Assembly: GCF_004010195.1 (NCBI RefSeq)
Contig: NC_057718.1
Coordinates: 83,496,503-83,560,502, forward strand
Length of the DNA stretch: 64,000 bases
Source: Chiloscyllium plagiosum
Lineage: Eukaryota
Direction of reading: 5' to 3'
The notes beneath the pieces are model-generated. The model saw only the letters and a list, made by a program, of their open reading frames with translations, did not search any database and was not told where the DNA came from. The first letter of the stretch is position 1; the number at the start of each line of letters is the position of its first letter. Positions 1 through 13,695 of the stretch are shown here, piece after piece. A program made the position numbers and the translations under genes.

Positions 1-573
1 CAAACTGTGACCAGCTGAAGAATAGTTCATGCATGGTTCAATGGCTGGCAGAACATGGATTTAAGTAACCTACACAAGTACAAACACATGAATCTAACTC
101 AATATGTATATCTGCCTCTTCTGATATTATTTCACGATGCAAAATCAAAAGTTAAAAGAAAATGTAGACAAATGTTTAAATTGTAAGATAAAGTCAATGA
201 GTCATTTTCAAGTAAACAAGAATAAAACTCATGATCGTTCTGACTCGGTCTTTGTTAACAATGATTTGCTCATGATTCAGCATTTAAATTAGTCTGCCAG
301 TTAAAAAGGATTTATGACATCTTGGTGACAGAATTTCTAATACAATAGCTGGATAATAAATGCTACTGGCAATTAAAATTAATTTTAACTTGCAAAAGCA
401 TAAAAACAGTTGAGGCACCCACTGTCAAAACTAAAATCATTCAAGTGAATTACAGAACTGCCGATACCAAGTCCTCCCATCTATTCAATAATATCTTAAG
501 TCACCAATAGCAGGCAGCTTCCATCACACTTTTTAATTTGCATACCAATTGTTTCCATTCATTCGCTCAGTGA

Positions 574-706
574 GTTCTGAGAAAGGGTCACTGGACCCAG
601 AATGTTAACTTTGATTTCTCTCCAAGGATGCTGCCCAACCTGTTGAGATTTTCCAGCAATTCCCGTTTTTGTTTGATTTCCAGCATCTGCAGTTCTTTCG
701 TTTTTT
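574..706 (+). mobile_element. Short PLE-derived repeat, family B, with degenerate hammerhead at 5' end
   Basis: gttCTGAGAAagggtc-actg-gaccc-AGAA-tg-TT-aac followed by the GATGCTG..CAGCATC body; same family at ~4190, ~10835, ~20800, ~23790, ~25425, ~44470, ~53660. Confidence 0.75.
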
Positions 707-923
707 TATTCTCTCAGTGAGAATGCCGATTAGTACTGAATTGGGTACAGTTTTGTCCATGTTCAATAAGGACATCAAGATTGCTGAAGCTCAGTTTGAA
801 TACTACACTTAGCAAAAAAAAACTTTTAACTCAGCAATTTATGCTTGATCTTCATATCCAGAAGGTGAGAAAAATCTAGCTCAATGTACTGAACTACCCA
901 GTTCACTAAAGCAATAGTTATAA

Positions 924-1094
924 GGTGTGGTGCTGAAAAAGCACAGCCGGTGAGGTAGCATCTGAGGAGCAGGAGAATCGACGTTTCGAGCATGAGTTCT
1001 GATGAAGAGCTCATACTCAAAATGTCAACTCTCCTACTCCTCAGATGCTGCCTGACCGGCTATGCTTTTCCAGTACCACATTTTTTGACTCTGA
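924..1094. mobile_element. Palindromic (head-to-head) PLE-derived repeat, family A
   Basis: Left arm gtgtggtgctgaaaaagcacagccggtgaggtagcatctgaggagcaggag is the approximate reverse complement of right arm ctcctactcctcagatgctgcctgaccggctatgcttttccagtaccaca; centre has CTGATGA. Confidence 0.85.
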
Positions 1095-1869
1095 TAAAAT
1101 AGCAAACATGATATTTTACAATGTGTTAGCAAAGCTTACACCAGTGAGATGTGGGATTGAGAATTCCCATTAACGTCAGAGTTTTCTATTCGTAAGCCGT
1201 TGGATTACAGAAGTAGAATTTATTGGCACAGATCTGAACTGTTTAGTCATCATATTACCACAGAAATAAACTACTTACGTATTTAAACTGAATAATCTTG
1301 CAAAAAACAAAATAATTCAGTTTAGCAAGATTTTAAAATAAAATTCTTCCAACAAGCTAATAACCAGATACACAGGGCTACAAAATATTCTTTAATCAAA
1401 AGTTATAGAGATATAATTGGATCCCATCCTAACTCAACCGAGCATACTAGAGGCTGTCAGACAAGATCATAAACACACAGTGACTGCTTGTCACATGTCC
1501 TTCAACACTCCTATTGGTTTCCCATTCATTCCCTAATACTTGAAGACATTTTTGTCAAATGTAATCTTTTTCTTTAACATTTAGAATAATTTAAAATCAG
1601 ATTCTGAGTTGATGTTTTGATGGAAAAGCAGAACTCTTGTTACCGAAGGCCAACACAAAGTCAATTCAGACCTCTAATGTGATGCAAATCTGAGCAGAGC
1701 AAAGGCATGGTGACTTTAAGTCCAGCTAATTACTGTACCAGTACTGTCTTCTCTCACTGTTTGGCAGGCATGGCAATATAGAATTATTGGCATTTCAAAG
1801 CATGCTCAGGACTCAAACTCATTGGTAATGTCTGCTACTATTGAATGCATCAGAATTATAAAGCACTGA

Positions 1870-2235
1870 AGGAAGCCATTTCATCAATGTATAAAGTCTT
1901 AAATGGTTAGATGTGGAAAGGATGTTTTCTCTTGTGATGGGTCCAGAAGTACAGGTTACTGTTTTAACATTAGTGATCACTATTTTGAGACTGAAATTAG
2001 GAGAATTCTCTTTGTGTAGAATTACTGTATCTTCCTCAGAAGGCAATGGTAGTCAGGTCAGCGAATATTTTTAAAGTAAAGGTAAATAGATTCATGGAAG
2101 GCCTGGTAATCAAAGGTTATCATGAGTAGATGGAAATTTAGAATTTGAAACAATTGTTTACTGGTGATCCTACTGAATAGCACAGCAAGCTTGAAAAGGT
2201 CAAAATGGTCTACTTCTGCTCCTGTTTCATATTTC
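1870..2235 (+). mobile_element. Old CR1 LINE 3' end fragment
   Basis: Similar to the 3' UTR of the CR1 at 39080-39431 (…aaatggtctacttctgctcct…). Confidence 0.6.
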
Positions 2236-2789
2236 ACATGGTCCATCATGCTTGTGTGCCAGCTCTTTGGCAAGTTCTGATTTCACCCTAATCCCTCTGC
2301 TTTGGCACTCCTCTTTGCCAAAATCTCTATCACCCATGTAAAATATTTGCCTTCAGAAATGCATCATTAAACAGCCACATGTGCCCTTCATAAACAGACA
2401 GATCTCCAAATCTTGAGAATTGTAAATAACTACAACACAATTTTTAAAAAAATTATTTGACACACTGTACCAATTAGAACTTAGATAATTTTGAAGTGAA
2501 ACTGATCTGAATTATTTATAACCAGGTCATTGGACAGGATCTCATCTGTAAGGTCAATAAATCATTTTGTGGGGAAAAACAGGAATCTAGCAACATTAGA
2601 CACATAACTAGGGGGTGTTGGTAATGAAGTAGATATATAATCAAAAAACTCATCTCAAGATCGAATAAGGCACCATGGATGTAAATGATCTAATTTGTTC
2701 ACAGTGGCCAGAAGGTTAAGAGAACAGGGATTTTGTCGGGTACTGAAGGAACAAAGTACAAAAATCCAGAGTGACACTCTCATGAAGTG

Positions 2790-3112
2790 CTAAGGAAGTT
2801 CTATACTGCTAGGATTTCCAGTCTTTCAGATTAGGTATCAAACCAAAGCTTGGTCTGCTCGCTCAGGTGGATCTAAATGGTCCCATGCCATTATTTAAAA
2901 CAACTGCAGGGGAATTATCACTGAATTCCGAGTCAATGTTTATCCCTGATCCACCTCAACAACAAAAAAACTATCCAGTTATATCACTTGGCTATTTGTG
3001 GAAATTTGTATATGGCTGCTAGATTTTCTACAATAAAGTAGTGATCAGAGTTTAAAAGATACTTCATTAATTAAGGAGTGCTGCAAGATCTTCCACAGGC
3101 ATGCAAACTTTT
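2790..3112 (+). mobile_element. Deu-domain SINE (SacSINE1/AmnSINE-like), degraded
   Basis: gtctttcagattag..aaacc..ctgctcgctcaggtggatctaaatggtcccatgccattattt..gtcaatgtttatccct resembles the Deu core as I recall it; weaker copy at ~25075-25235. Confidence 0.65.
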
Positions 3113-4607
3113 TCTCCCCTCAATTTTCCCCAGTACATAAACTAAAAACCTTTTGCTCATAGAGTACTGAGACGAGAGAACCAGTGAGCATAAAAGAGAA
3201 ACTGCAGGGGATTGAGGTAGCCAGTTGTTAAATAAACCAAAGTCAGCAATAATTAGAAGTTATCTACAATTCATGGAGTGTGGTGTTATCCCTGATTAGC
3301 ATTTTATTTATAAAACAGTGCAATTAATTTCTCAAAATAATGCAGCCCAATAATTACTCAGTTTATCTTTGTCTAACTTTCTTTTATCCACCTTCTCCTT
3401 GCATATTCATGTATCGTGAACAAAAAATGATCACAAGTTTACCTTATATAGCTCACACAATTTTCTATTAAATATAGTACATCATTCTTTATTTTTTCAT
3501 GTGAAAAGAGGCTTTATTCAGATTTACTACAACAAATTTTAAACTTAGTGCTTATGGTTTCTTCTTGAGCACCTCCTCAAATAAATGTAGCAACATGGTG
3601 AAAAGCTGACAGCAAACATAGAAACCATTTGTAAATTTGCTTCACCATGTATCATAATGCATGAGCTTAATGATTTTTTTATACTAAGAATTGTCAATTA
3701 ACTACCAAAATTTCATATAATTACTTAAGTCCATCAGCAGTAATCAAATCAAGTTCAATTGAAAGTTTAGTTGTTTAAAGCTGCATCAGCACAATTTGGA
3801 ATCAGTCTGTACCCTGCTTGATAATATCCAACATCAAGATAAAACTTTCAACACTAACATTCTCATACCAAATCTGAAGGTCTAAGCCTCAACTCTGGAC
3901 TCGAAAGGAATCAAAGAATGAAAGGCTGGTAATTGCAATTCATGTTCTAAATCTTTTTTTACTATAATTTATCACTTGTAACTGAATTAAAGGCATAACT
4001 TTAAAGCAACTACAACTGAAAACAGCCTTATCTGAAGTAAAGTTTTCTTAACAGGAAAACTATATACATTCCAAACACAGGATCCTGTATTAAAAACAAA
4101 GCGCCTGAATGACTCAGCAGATCTGGCAGTATTTATAGAGAGAAAAATACAGTTAACTCCATTTTGAATAGAAGTCATACTGGATTTGAAACAGTAGCTG
4201 TTTCTCTCTCCACAGGTGCTGTTAGTCCTCCTGAGTTTTTCCGGTGCTTTGTTTTTATTTGAGATCTCCAGCATCAGCAATACTTTGCTTTTGTTAGTGT
4301 TCTGGATGTCTTGCTTCAATTAACAAGTACGAACCGGACTGATTACAATTGCTTATGTTCTTTGCAATCTATGACAAACACTAAACCACATTTTTGCTTC
4401 GTAGTTTCCAACTTCAATGAAAAACTGTATTAATACTGAAGCAAATTGGAAAGGAGAGCCAGATAAGTGAAGAGGGAGAAAGGAATAGAAAAATATGAAG
4501 GCAAGGTCAGATGACACAGAATGGAAGGAGACAGCTATGAAATTGTGCTAAATGACCAGTTATTTTGTTGCTATTAATGTTATGTAAAGAACTACATTAA
4601 AAAAGGG

Positions 4608-4925
4608 TTAGAATAGAGTCAAAGAATTTACAGCACAGGAAAAGGCCCTGTGACCCATTCTGTCCAGTCATCAAGCACCTATCTGCTCGAGTCCTATTTT
4701 TCAGCATTTGGCTCATCGCCTTGTATATGCTACGCAACATCAAGTGGTCATGTAAATTCTGTTTAAATATTTTGATGGTTCCCATGTTTATCACCTTTTC
4801 ATGCAGGCAGTTCCAGATATCTTATATCCTCTCTGCCTCTTTCTTTAAATCTATGCCCCTGGTTATTGATGACTCTACTCAGGGGAAAATATTTTTATCT
4901 ACCTAACCATGCCCCTCAAAATTTG
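4608..4925 (-). mobile_element. CR1 3' end fragment
   Basis: tagagtcaaagaatttacagcacaggaaaaggcc… resembles the reverse-complemented CR1 tails elsewhere in the window. Confidence 0.55.
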
Positions 4926-6190
4926 AATAATGCAATACTCAAATAAAAGGGCTAAGAAATGAGACAACCTCATTTGTATGTATAGTAACAGATTTACTTC
5001 CTTTTAATTATTTCATCCCTGCCATAAATAGGAATATATACTAATGCTAGCCAAATTATTTAGTTCTACTCTAACTGGTTCTCGATGCATATGCAAACAT
5101 ACATTAAAAATTAAAGAATAAAACTAAAATGAAAAATAATCTTTAAAGTTTAAATGCTACATACAGGTTTTACCTGTTCAGATTATTCAATTTTTCAATG
5201 AGAATCTCAACCACGTTATCTTGATGGTTGGCCAATGAATTTGCCACTTACTAGAGGTTTAGGCCCATGGAATAAATATTTTACTTAAATTGGGAACAGA
5301 ATGTTATTTAAACACTAAATATCTGATATCACTAGATAGCAGAAATCGCCGATACCCTTTAGCATTGGGTTTAGTCTGACCTTCAGATAAAAGGCAGTTT
5401 GCGCAATCACAAGCAAGCTTGGAAGTAGACATCTGTCCCCTTGGGCATACTATTTATGTGCCACCTCAAAAAAAGATAGAAAAATGGCACATCTAGGTGA
5501 ATACCAATAGCACAAACTACTCAAGTCAGATCTATTCTTCGATTGAGAACACAGAAGCAAGACAAACAAGTAAATGATAAAGTAGCTTCGAAGTAATCAG
5601 AGAATATATCAGAGAACATTTCTTAGATTTTGATAAGTAACAAGAGGCTTTTCAAAGAAATTGGCCTGTCTTGATGATTTTTCAAGAAGCTCTGAAGTAT
5701 TTGACCAAGGAGTTCTGAAGTCCTGCTACAAATAACGTTAAGCAACAATGTTTATAATAATGCCAAAGGATATATTTTTCACTTCACAATAATTTCTTTG
5801 CATTAAAATAAGTATCAAAAGTTGACCCATTATAATACAGCTAACACAAATAGGTCTGATAGTATGTAGCCAATTATACCATGTTTTACCTCATTATAAT
5901 GGAATCCTCCAGGTATAGTTGGTTGGAGCTATTTAATTTATCCAGCAACTTGAATGTGCAAACTATGTAAAAGTTTGTCTATTTATAATAATTTTTTTTG
6001 TTCCTCCGAGAATCCCCCACTCCCCACTGATGACTCAGCTGAGATTAGCCAAATGTTCTGGATTTCTATACAGTCATGGGACAGCCTGAGAAGTTTCAGC
6101 ATTTCTGATGAAAATAATTGAAAAGAGGACCCATTTGTCCAAAACACAAGAGAGAGGCTCAGCTTTCCTTATCAGTATCCCTGTCCACAT

Positions 6191-6490
6191 GGACCCTGCC
6201 TCACAGCACCAAGGACCCAGGGTTCGATTCCAGCCTCAGGCGGAAGTCTGTGTGGACTTTGCATATTCTCCCCGCGTCTGCATGGGTTTCCTCCCACTGT
6301 CTAAAGATGTGCAGGTTAGGTGAATTGGCCATGCTAAATTGCCCATAGTATTCAGGGATGTGTAGGTTAAGTGCATTAGTCAGGGGTAAATACAGGATAG
6401 GGGAATGGGTCAGGGTGAGTTGCTCTTTGGAGGATCAATGTGGACTTGTTGGGCCAAATGGCCTGTTTCCACACTGAAGAGATTCTATGA
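6191..6490 (+). mobile_element. HE1-type V-SINE (tRNA-derived)
   Basis: B box ggttcgattcc, V-domain (gcatattctccccgcgtctgcatgggtttcctcc..aaagatgtgcaggttagg), CR1-derived tail gggccaaatggcctgtttccacactg..attctatga. Confidence 0.9.
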
Positions 6491-6770
6491 AGCAAATACT
6501 CAATGTTATTACATGGGACACTAAGTATGTAAGCAGACTTGAGTAAATTACAAAACTTGGAAATAATCATAACAGAGATTAGGTTGTACTGACTGAATAT
6601 AATGACTAAAGAATCTGAATAAGACAAATCATTTGAAATCAGGTCATACACGCATCGATCAACAACTAGTCTTCAAAGGCAATATTTTGTAAATTTCCAG
6701 AAAACAGATTTCATTCAGATGTAGACCAGCTTTACAAGCTTCTGTTAGTACATGATTTCAAACAAGTATG

Positions 6771-6870
6771 GGGATTCTTATAATGCAGTGGAAGTGTTCC
6801 TACCTCAAGGCCAGGAGACCTAGGCTCAAGCCCCACCTACTCCAGAGTGATTTAATAATAAATTTCAAAC
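6771..6870 (+). mobile_element. Short tRNA-head SINE
   Basis: Degenerate A box (taatgcagtgg) and B box (ggctcaagccc); related copy at 36525-36636. Confidence 0.5.
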
Positions 6871-8149
6871 AACTGAACTCACTAAACAGATTTCAATGAT
6901 CTGATTTACTGACTTCAATTAAACATTATTAGCCAACATATTCCAGCAGTTATAGTGAAGTAGGTTTAGGTCAGATGGTTAAGAGAACTATAGATGGCAG
7001 GAATGATTTTAACTGGGAATCGCTTTCAATTCATCATAATTGCTTTCATCTAGAAGGAAAACATAGTTTCTGACTTGTACTTGACAAAGTTAATGTAGTT
7101 TAATATTGGTTCATCACGAAAGGGAGGAAACAAAGTGCTAAGTCAACAACATAACAATTCCAAGCTCTCTGAAGCAGAATTACTCATATTCCTCTTTCAA
7201 CACATACTGCATCATACTTGCACATGCTTTGAGCACCATGTGCCAGTGCTCTTCCCACTTACTCCTTTTGCAAGTCCTTTACTAGATCAGTCTTTTCCAC
7301 CCAGCCCTGTATTTAGTACAACAATCTTAATCAAACTATACGGGAATTCTTGTTCAAAAACAATTTTTCAAATGAATTAGAAAAAGACAACATCCCAGTC
7401 ATTGTCCATCAGGTAATCTACTAGCAAGTTCCAAAAATAAACTTTAACCTTTAGTTAAACATCTATCATATGTCATAATCAAAAGTACAAAAAGTACTTC
7501 AAATTTGTGAATATGAAGTCTTTTCTAATTAGATTAGTCAAGCAGCAAAGATCACACCATTACAGCCACATCTATGGCTAATCAATGATGTCTACTGTAT
7601 ATTGCTACATTAGCCCCCAATCATATAGAATTTTGAAGTAAAAAATGAAATACAAAATATAAAGAAATTTTAACACATTTTATTCAACATTCCTTCTAAA
7701 CTATGCAAGGGAACATTAGCAAACCATCTCAAAAGTAAATACAAACATCAACATCTTTTAAAGCAGGCAACTATAGATTGGGAAATTTCCTATGATGCAC
7801 TTCTTCAGCTTTCAAAACATTGCTGGAGAGAACATGTACTAATTAAGTCAAAAGCCATAAGAATTTAGAATACAACATGGTTATTTGACCAAGACCGGGG
7901 TTCAAACCCAGCCAGTATTAGAATTAAAGTCCGTGCATGCTGACTAAGCACTTGTATGAGTGAATTTATGCAGTCCCAATCCAATTCTGAGGGGACATGG
8001 ATCCGAAATGCAAAAATTGCCCAGTATTTGGACATTGAATTACAAGGTCACCAAGGAATAGACCTGCCATACAAGTGCATTACAAGAAGAAATGAGGAAC
8101 TTTTTTTTTTTAGAAACAATGCTTGCAATTTAATTCACTCAAGGGTTAA

Positions 8150-8622
8150 TGACATGGTGCAATGAGAGCAACCTCTCTCAACGTCAGCAAAACTAAAGAA
8201 CCGATCATTGACTTTAGTATGAAAGGATGAGAATACAACCCCATCTACATCAACAAAACTGAGGTTGAGTGGGTGGAAAACATCAGTTCCTTAGACTGAC
8301 AATAACAGAGGACTTGTCCCGGTCTTCCCACGTAGTTGCAACGATCAAGGAGGCACAACAATGCCTCCTCTTCCTCAGGCAGCTCAGAAAATTTGACATG
8401 TCCATAAGGATCCTCACCAACTTCTACAGATGCAGAATTGAAACCATACTGTCTGGGTGTATAATGGCCCGATATGGCAACTGCTCTGCCCAGAATTGTA
8501 GGAAACTGCAGAGGGTGGTGTGCATGCCCGGGCCATCACGAGCCAATGTTCCATACATGGACTCCATTTACATGGCTTGCTGCTGTAGAAAGCAGCATCA
8601 CAGACCCTTCACACCCTGGTAA
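8150..8622 (+). mobile_element. Rex1/Babar-like LINE RT C-terminal fragment
   Basis: Broken frames give NVSKTKE.IIDF and KEAQQCLLFLRQLRKFDMSIRILTNFYRCRIETILSGCIMARYGNCSAQNCRKLQRVV. Confidence 0.75.
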
Positions 8623-8669
8623 TGTAAGTGGTGTGTTCAAGCAACTGCTCGCCTCATCCTTCTAGCTAG

Positions 8670-9260
8670 TAAAGCCATAGGTTGGGAAGGTGCAGTCAAA
8701 AGGAGCTTTCAGTTGCTGCAATGTATTTGCATATGGTATACTTTGCTACCACTGTGTAGTGTTGGTGAGAGTTAATTGTTAAGGTGTTTGGTGGTCTGTT
8801 TTATCCTGGATATTCGAACTTCAAGTGTTCTTGGGAACCACTCAGAGACAAGTGAAGAATGCTTCTGCACATTCCTGACTTGTGCCTTGTAGATCATGAA
8901 GAGACTTTGTGGCGTGAGCAATGATTACTATTCACAGATTTCCCAGCTTTTAGGCAAGCTCTTGTAGCCACAATATTTATGTAACTGATCCATTTCAGTT
9001 TCTGGTCAATGGTAACACCCAAGTTAGTGATAACAAAAATTCAGCTATGGTAATGCCAATGAACTTTAATGGGAGATTGTTTGGTTTTCTCCTTTTGGAA
9101 ACTGTTATTGCCTGGCATTTGTGTGGCGTGAATATTCCAAGTCACTTATAAGCCTAAGCCTGGATGCTGTCCAAACTTGCTGCACAAAGACACAGGCTGC
9201 TCCAGTGTCCAAGTCACTGAAAATGATACTGAACATTTTGCAGTCAGCGAATATGCCCAG
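8670..9260 (-). mobile_element. Degraded APE-RT LINE fragment (family of 25830-29505)
   Basis: Reverse complement resembles 28600-29250. Confidence 0.55.
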
Positions 9261-10834
9261 ATGGTTACAAGTCTTATCCCCACTCAAATGTGAATTCTAG
9301 CACAAAGGCAGCGGATGCTCAATCGCTGAGTTTATTCAAAGCAGAGATGAACACATTGTGGATACAAAAAAAAATCAAGGAACAAGATGATAATGTCAGA
9401 GGCAGACTTGAGACAACCTTCATGAATCGTGGAGGATCAAGTGGCCTACTCCTGCTCAGATTTCTTCAGGAAGGATACAGTTGAGAACAAGACTGATCCC
9501 AATTGCCAACGAAATTAAGCTTTGCAAAGATTTAAGAAGCTCGAGTTCCACTGTCCAATAGTATAGTGATTGAAAGGAAGACCTTACTGGGGTACTATAC
9601 ATTAAGTTAAATCTAGAATACTGAAGAGTAAACCAAAAAAATAAGCACCAATGGCAGAAAATAGTTTAAAATAGCAAGTCAATGGTTTAAAACGCGAGAC
9701 AACTTCTTTGCTGAAATAGTAACAAAATATTTATAATTATGTACTCAAGAGCAGAATAAACACAAAATTATTACCGTTGTTCAAATTGCAACTGGATCCA
9801 GAGATGCACAAAACCATACTGCCACAGAGATAACCCAAGATTAGCTAAATAGCTGTTATTATGTATAACTTTAACATTTCAGACAGGCAAGAGGAAATTA
9901 CAGTTGACATTTTTCCCCAGTAAATTATGTTTCAAGCTCAAATCCTTATACCCTGCTGTCTAGGTACATAAACACAAGACTTGTTAAACCCACCATTACC
10001 CTATAATTGTCCTGGATCAAACTAGTGGCATAAAAAGTCAAAAGCAATCATATATGAAAAAATACAAATTTTTTTCAAGTCTAACATATTGGCTAAACTG
10101 TGGTGTATAAATAATGTTTATTTAACAGTATTTCTGATTTCATATTAAAATTAATCAGAGATTAATTTGTCATACAAAATGAAAAATACAAATAGTCTTC
10201 TCTAGACTTAATTACTTTATTAAATCACATACTTTAGGAGTCTCTGGGACTTTATTAAAAAAAAGTCGAAGATGTTAATTCTCAAGCCCCTTCCCCCATT
10301 CCTTTCTTACAGCTCACAGCTTCATTGCAAAAGAGACTCAAGATTCACCCAGACACAAGGCAGGATCATTGAGTGTTTACTGCACAGAAGACATTCCCCA
10401 GCTATTGCCCCACATCTGTAACTTTCTCCTACACAATGCCTTTTTCAAAGTTACAATTAACTCTACCTGGACCACCCTTTCAGGTAGTGCATTCCAGATC
10501 ATAACCACCCTGCAGCATAAAACATCTTCCTCAGATCGTTTTTGGTTCTTTTGCCAATCACATTAAATCTGTGTCATCTGGCTCTCAATCCTTCCGCTGG
10601 TGAATAATTTCTTTCTAATCTGTTGTTGCCAATGCTGTCCAATGGAAGTTCGGTGCTTGCCAAATTTGTAAAATCAAGTCACATGTTCATCATGATAAAA
10701 GATATGAAATATTAAATGAGCTTACATGTATTTTGATAAAAAAGGATAGAGGTTTTAAATTATCAAGACGAATATAATTACTGTCACAATCATGCAAACA
10801 ACTTGTAAAGGGTCTTTCAATCCAATTATTTCAC

Positions 10835-10957
10835 AAATGAGGAAGGGTCACTCGATCCAAAACGTTAACTCTGATTTCCCTTCACAGATGCTACCAGAGC
10901 AGCTGAGTTCTGTTTTTGCCTCTGATTGACAACATCCACAACTCTTTCGGTTTTTAT
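10835..10957 (+). mobile_element. PLE-derived repeat family B
   Basis: atgaggaagggtcactcgatccaaaacgttaac then cacagatgct body. Confidence 0.7.
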
Positions 10958-11454
10958 GTAGTATTTCACAAAGGAAGCCTGCTGTAAACCTTCAAAGGGT
11001 AATGACAAATGCTAATTAAAGTGATCTCTAGCTGACAGTGTGCTCCAGTTTGTTTTTAAAAATATCTCAGAGTAATCTGCCTCTTATCATCTCTGATGAA
11101 ATATATTAGAAAACCAAAGACTAGAAGGGAATCAACTAATCTCTACTTCATGGTTTCTGTAAGCCACCTCTCACTTGCTCATGCTCCACTCCATGTCACT
11201 TTCAATCACAGCATCATGATTAATGGACCTTGAACTCTCAGCAAATCTCCTGTGATCTCTTCATTTACAGTAATAATACCCTCTCACCCCATGTTTCAAT
11301 AGGCCCATCAAGATAAAGGCTGACCACATCACATCAGCTGGCCAACAACATACATTTCAACTCTTGGCAGCAGTCATAGTGCTATCCACTCACACCTCAG
11401 TGGTTTTCCAAAAACAAACTACCAACTACTACCCAAACCAAGTAATCAAATTGT

Positions 11455-11708
11455 GAATTCAGAATGAAAAAACTTCTTTATCCAAACAATGGTGATAATG
11501 TGGAACTTGCTATCACAAATGAATGACTGAAGTGAATAGTATAGGTATGTTTCAAAGGATGCCAGACAAGCATGAGGAAAAAAGGATCAGACGGTTATGG
11601 TGGTGGATTTAGGAAACAAAAGATCAGAGATGGGTCAAATGAACTACAAAGTCCATCGGACACTGGTCACAGCCAAATGGCCCATTTCTGTGCCCTACAT
11701 CCTATGTA
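11455..11708 (+). mobile_element. Old CR1 3' end fragment
   Basis: …aatgtggaacttgctatcacaa…gccaaatggcccatttctgtgc..tatgtaa tail. Confidence 0.5.
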
Positions 11709-12069
11709 AACAAAACCAAATTCTTCTGTAAGCACCCTTCCTTCACTAGATTTCGAACAAAATTGTGAATAACCGGACCACAATCCTCCCACATGGTTAA
11801 CCTTGTTTACACGGTACTTCTTAAAACACTTCCTGCAGAACAGGTTTCAAAACATATCAGGGCAGCAGACAAATTCACCCAGAAAATTCAATCGTAAGGA
11901 CAACAAATGGAGGAAAAAAAACTCACCCTCCTAAATAGAAACAACTATTCACTCTCTTATCCAGTACCAAGGTCATGAGAACACCAGATTGTAGGAGCAG
12001 CAAGCAGTTAAGAAAATAAGGGGTACAGTGAGGGAGTCACCAGAGCAGTCTTTACCCCATCAATAGTCT

Positions 12070-12595
12070 CATCAAGAGTGCTGTATGCAGGGGGAGACTC
12101 TTGCCAAGAATGCTTGCCAAGGAGCTTCAATACGAATACCTATTTCTTTAAAAATCGCACCACAAGATAACAAGTCAGGCCAATCTCCTCTGATACCCTT
12201 ACATAGTACCTTCAGTTCTGGAGCATTTACTATTTCCTCCTGAAGTTGGTTGCATTTATGCCAACCAAAATGCATTAGATTGATCATTTATCTCAATGTC
12301 TACCCAGTCTATCCAGTATTCATAGTATTTTGCTTTAATCAACATAGTCTACTAGTACATCTGGTGAAACCTCCGATCTTTTTCAACTTTGGTAACCTGC
12401 TCAGTCCAAATGATGCCAAGTCTGTAGTAGACAAAGTCATACCCCCATACCTCTACCAGAGGTCATATAGTGTACTCGTCCTGTGGCTTGCAGCAAATCA
12501 TTTTCAATGGATTGTGATCAGTTTCCACAATGAACCGCTTACCAATAGATACATGTAGATTCTTATGATAACAAATTCCAGTGGAAGTGTTTCAC
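12070..12595 (-). pseudogene. Gypsy-type LTR retrotransposon pol relic (RNase H C-terminus and linker)
   Basis: Minus-strand translation gives IGKRFIVETDHNPLKMICCKP…WGYDFVYY…GLSRLP, matching the TDH.PL…LSR motif of Ty3/Gypsy RNase H. Confidence 0.7.
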
Positions 12596-12614
12596 ACTCT
12601 ATCTTCAAATAAAA

Positions 12615-13218
12615 AGGACAGGTCCTTGAGGGTAGCAATACCTGGATTGTTCCCGGTGCTGCAAGCTAGTGAGGGTAGGAATAGGAGGATAGAGCAGATG
12701 AATGCATGGCTGAGAAGTTGGTGCAGGGGAGAAGAGTTCACATTTTTGGATAATTCAAATCTCTTCTGGGGTAGAAGTGCCCTATAAAAGAAGGATGGAT
12801 TGCATCTGAATTGGAAGGGGGCTAATATACTGGCAGGGAGATTTACTAGAGCTGCTTGGAAGGATTAAATAGTAAGGTGGAGTGAGTGGGACCCATGGAG
12901 ATAGTGAGGAAACAGATCAGTCTGAGACTGTTACAATTGAGAAAAGGAACAAGTCAGTCAGGGCAGACAGGAACAAAGCAGAGAATGAGATAGGACTGAC
13001 AAATTAAATGCATTTATTTCAATGCAATAGGGAAGGCAAATGAATTCAGGGCATGGACTAGGTTATCATATCAATTATTCAGATGAGGGTCAAGGATAGA
13101 CAGGACTTGTAGCTTAATGTCCCAAGATAGAAATGCAATTAAAAAGGGGGGGGGGGGGGCGCAAAAGAGGAGAGGGAAGAGCATTTTTGGTAAGGGATAA
13201 TATTACAGCTGTACTTAG
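12615..13218 (+). mobile_element. CR1 fragment (end of ORF1 esterase and start of ORF2)
   Basis: RVAIPGLFPVLQASEGRNRRIEQMNAWLRSWC; closely similar to 31045-31670. Confidence 0.85.
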
Positions 13219-13562
13219 TGTTATGAAGATGTGGGTGTACTGTACCGTTAAGAGAGTTAAAAGCTAGCAGTACTACCTTACAGCACCAAGTCTTCTGAAT
13301 ACAATACAATGTAACATGTGGTCCAGCAGCTAGGGTAGCTGGCTGCCTGGAGACAAAAACAAATTTGAATTTGGCCAACCAGTTTAAATTGTACTCCAAA
13401 AGAAATACCAAACTCCAATCAAGATTGAATTTGGTATATTGACAATATTAAAAGCCAATGACACAATCCAATGCTTTGGGGGTATAAGACTGGGAAAGAT
13501 TTAGCAGTTGGGAGAGAACTGCCAAAAGACCAACAGGTGTAGGCTACTAGTCAGAACTCAGA
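13219..13562 (+). mobile_element. Truncated LTR-like sequence
   Basis: Starts tgttatg exactly where the CR1 breaks off; TATA-like gggtataag at ~13482; 3' end lost. Confidence 0.5.
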
Positions 13563-13563
13563 G

Positions 13564-13695
13564 GTAGGAGAAAGCGAGGACTACAGGTGCTGGAGATCAG
13601 AGATGACAGTGTGGTTCTGGAAAAGCACAGCAGTTCAGGTAGCATCTGAGGAGCAGGAGAATCGAAGTCTCGGGTATAAGCCCTCCATCAGGAAT
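13564..13695 (-). mobile_element. PLE-derived repeat family A, degenerate hammerhead
   Basis: gagaaagcgaggactacaggtgctggagatcagag…ataagccctccatcaggaat. Confidence 0.8.

Noticed and set aside
13146..13159. Poly-G run
   Set aside because: Homopolymer expansion inside a CR1; G-rich tracts at ~38121 and ~26606 are likewise retroelement-internal
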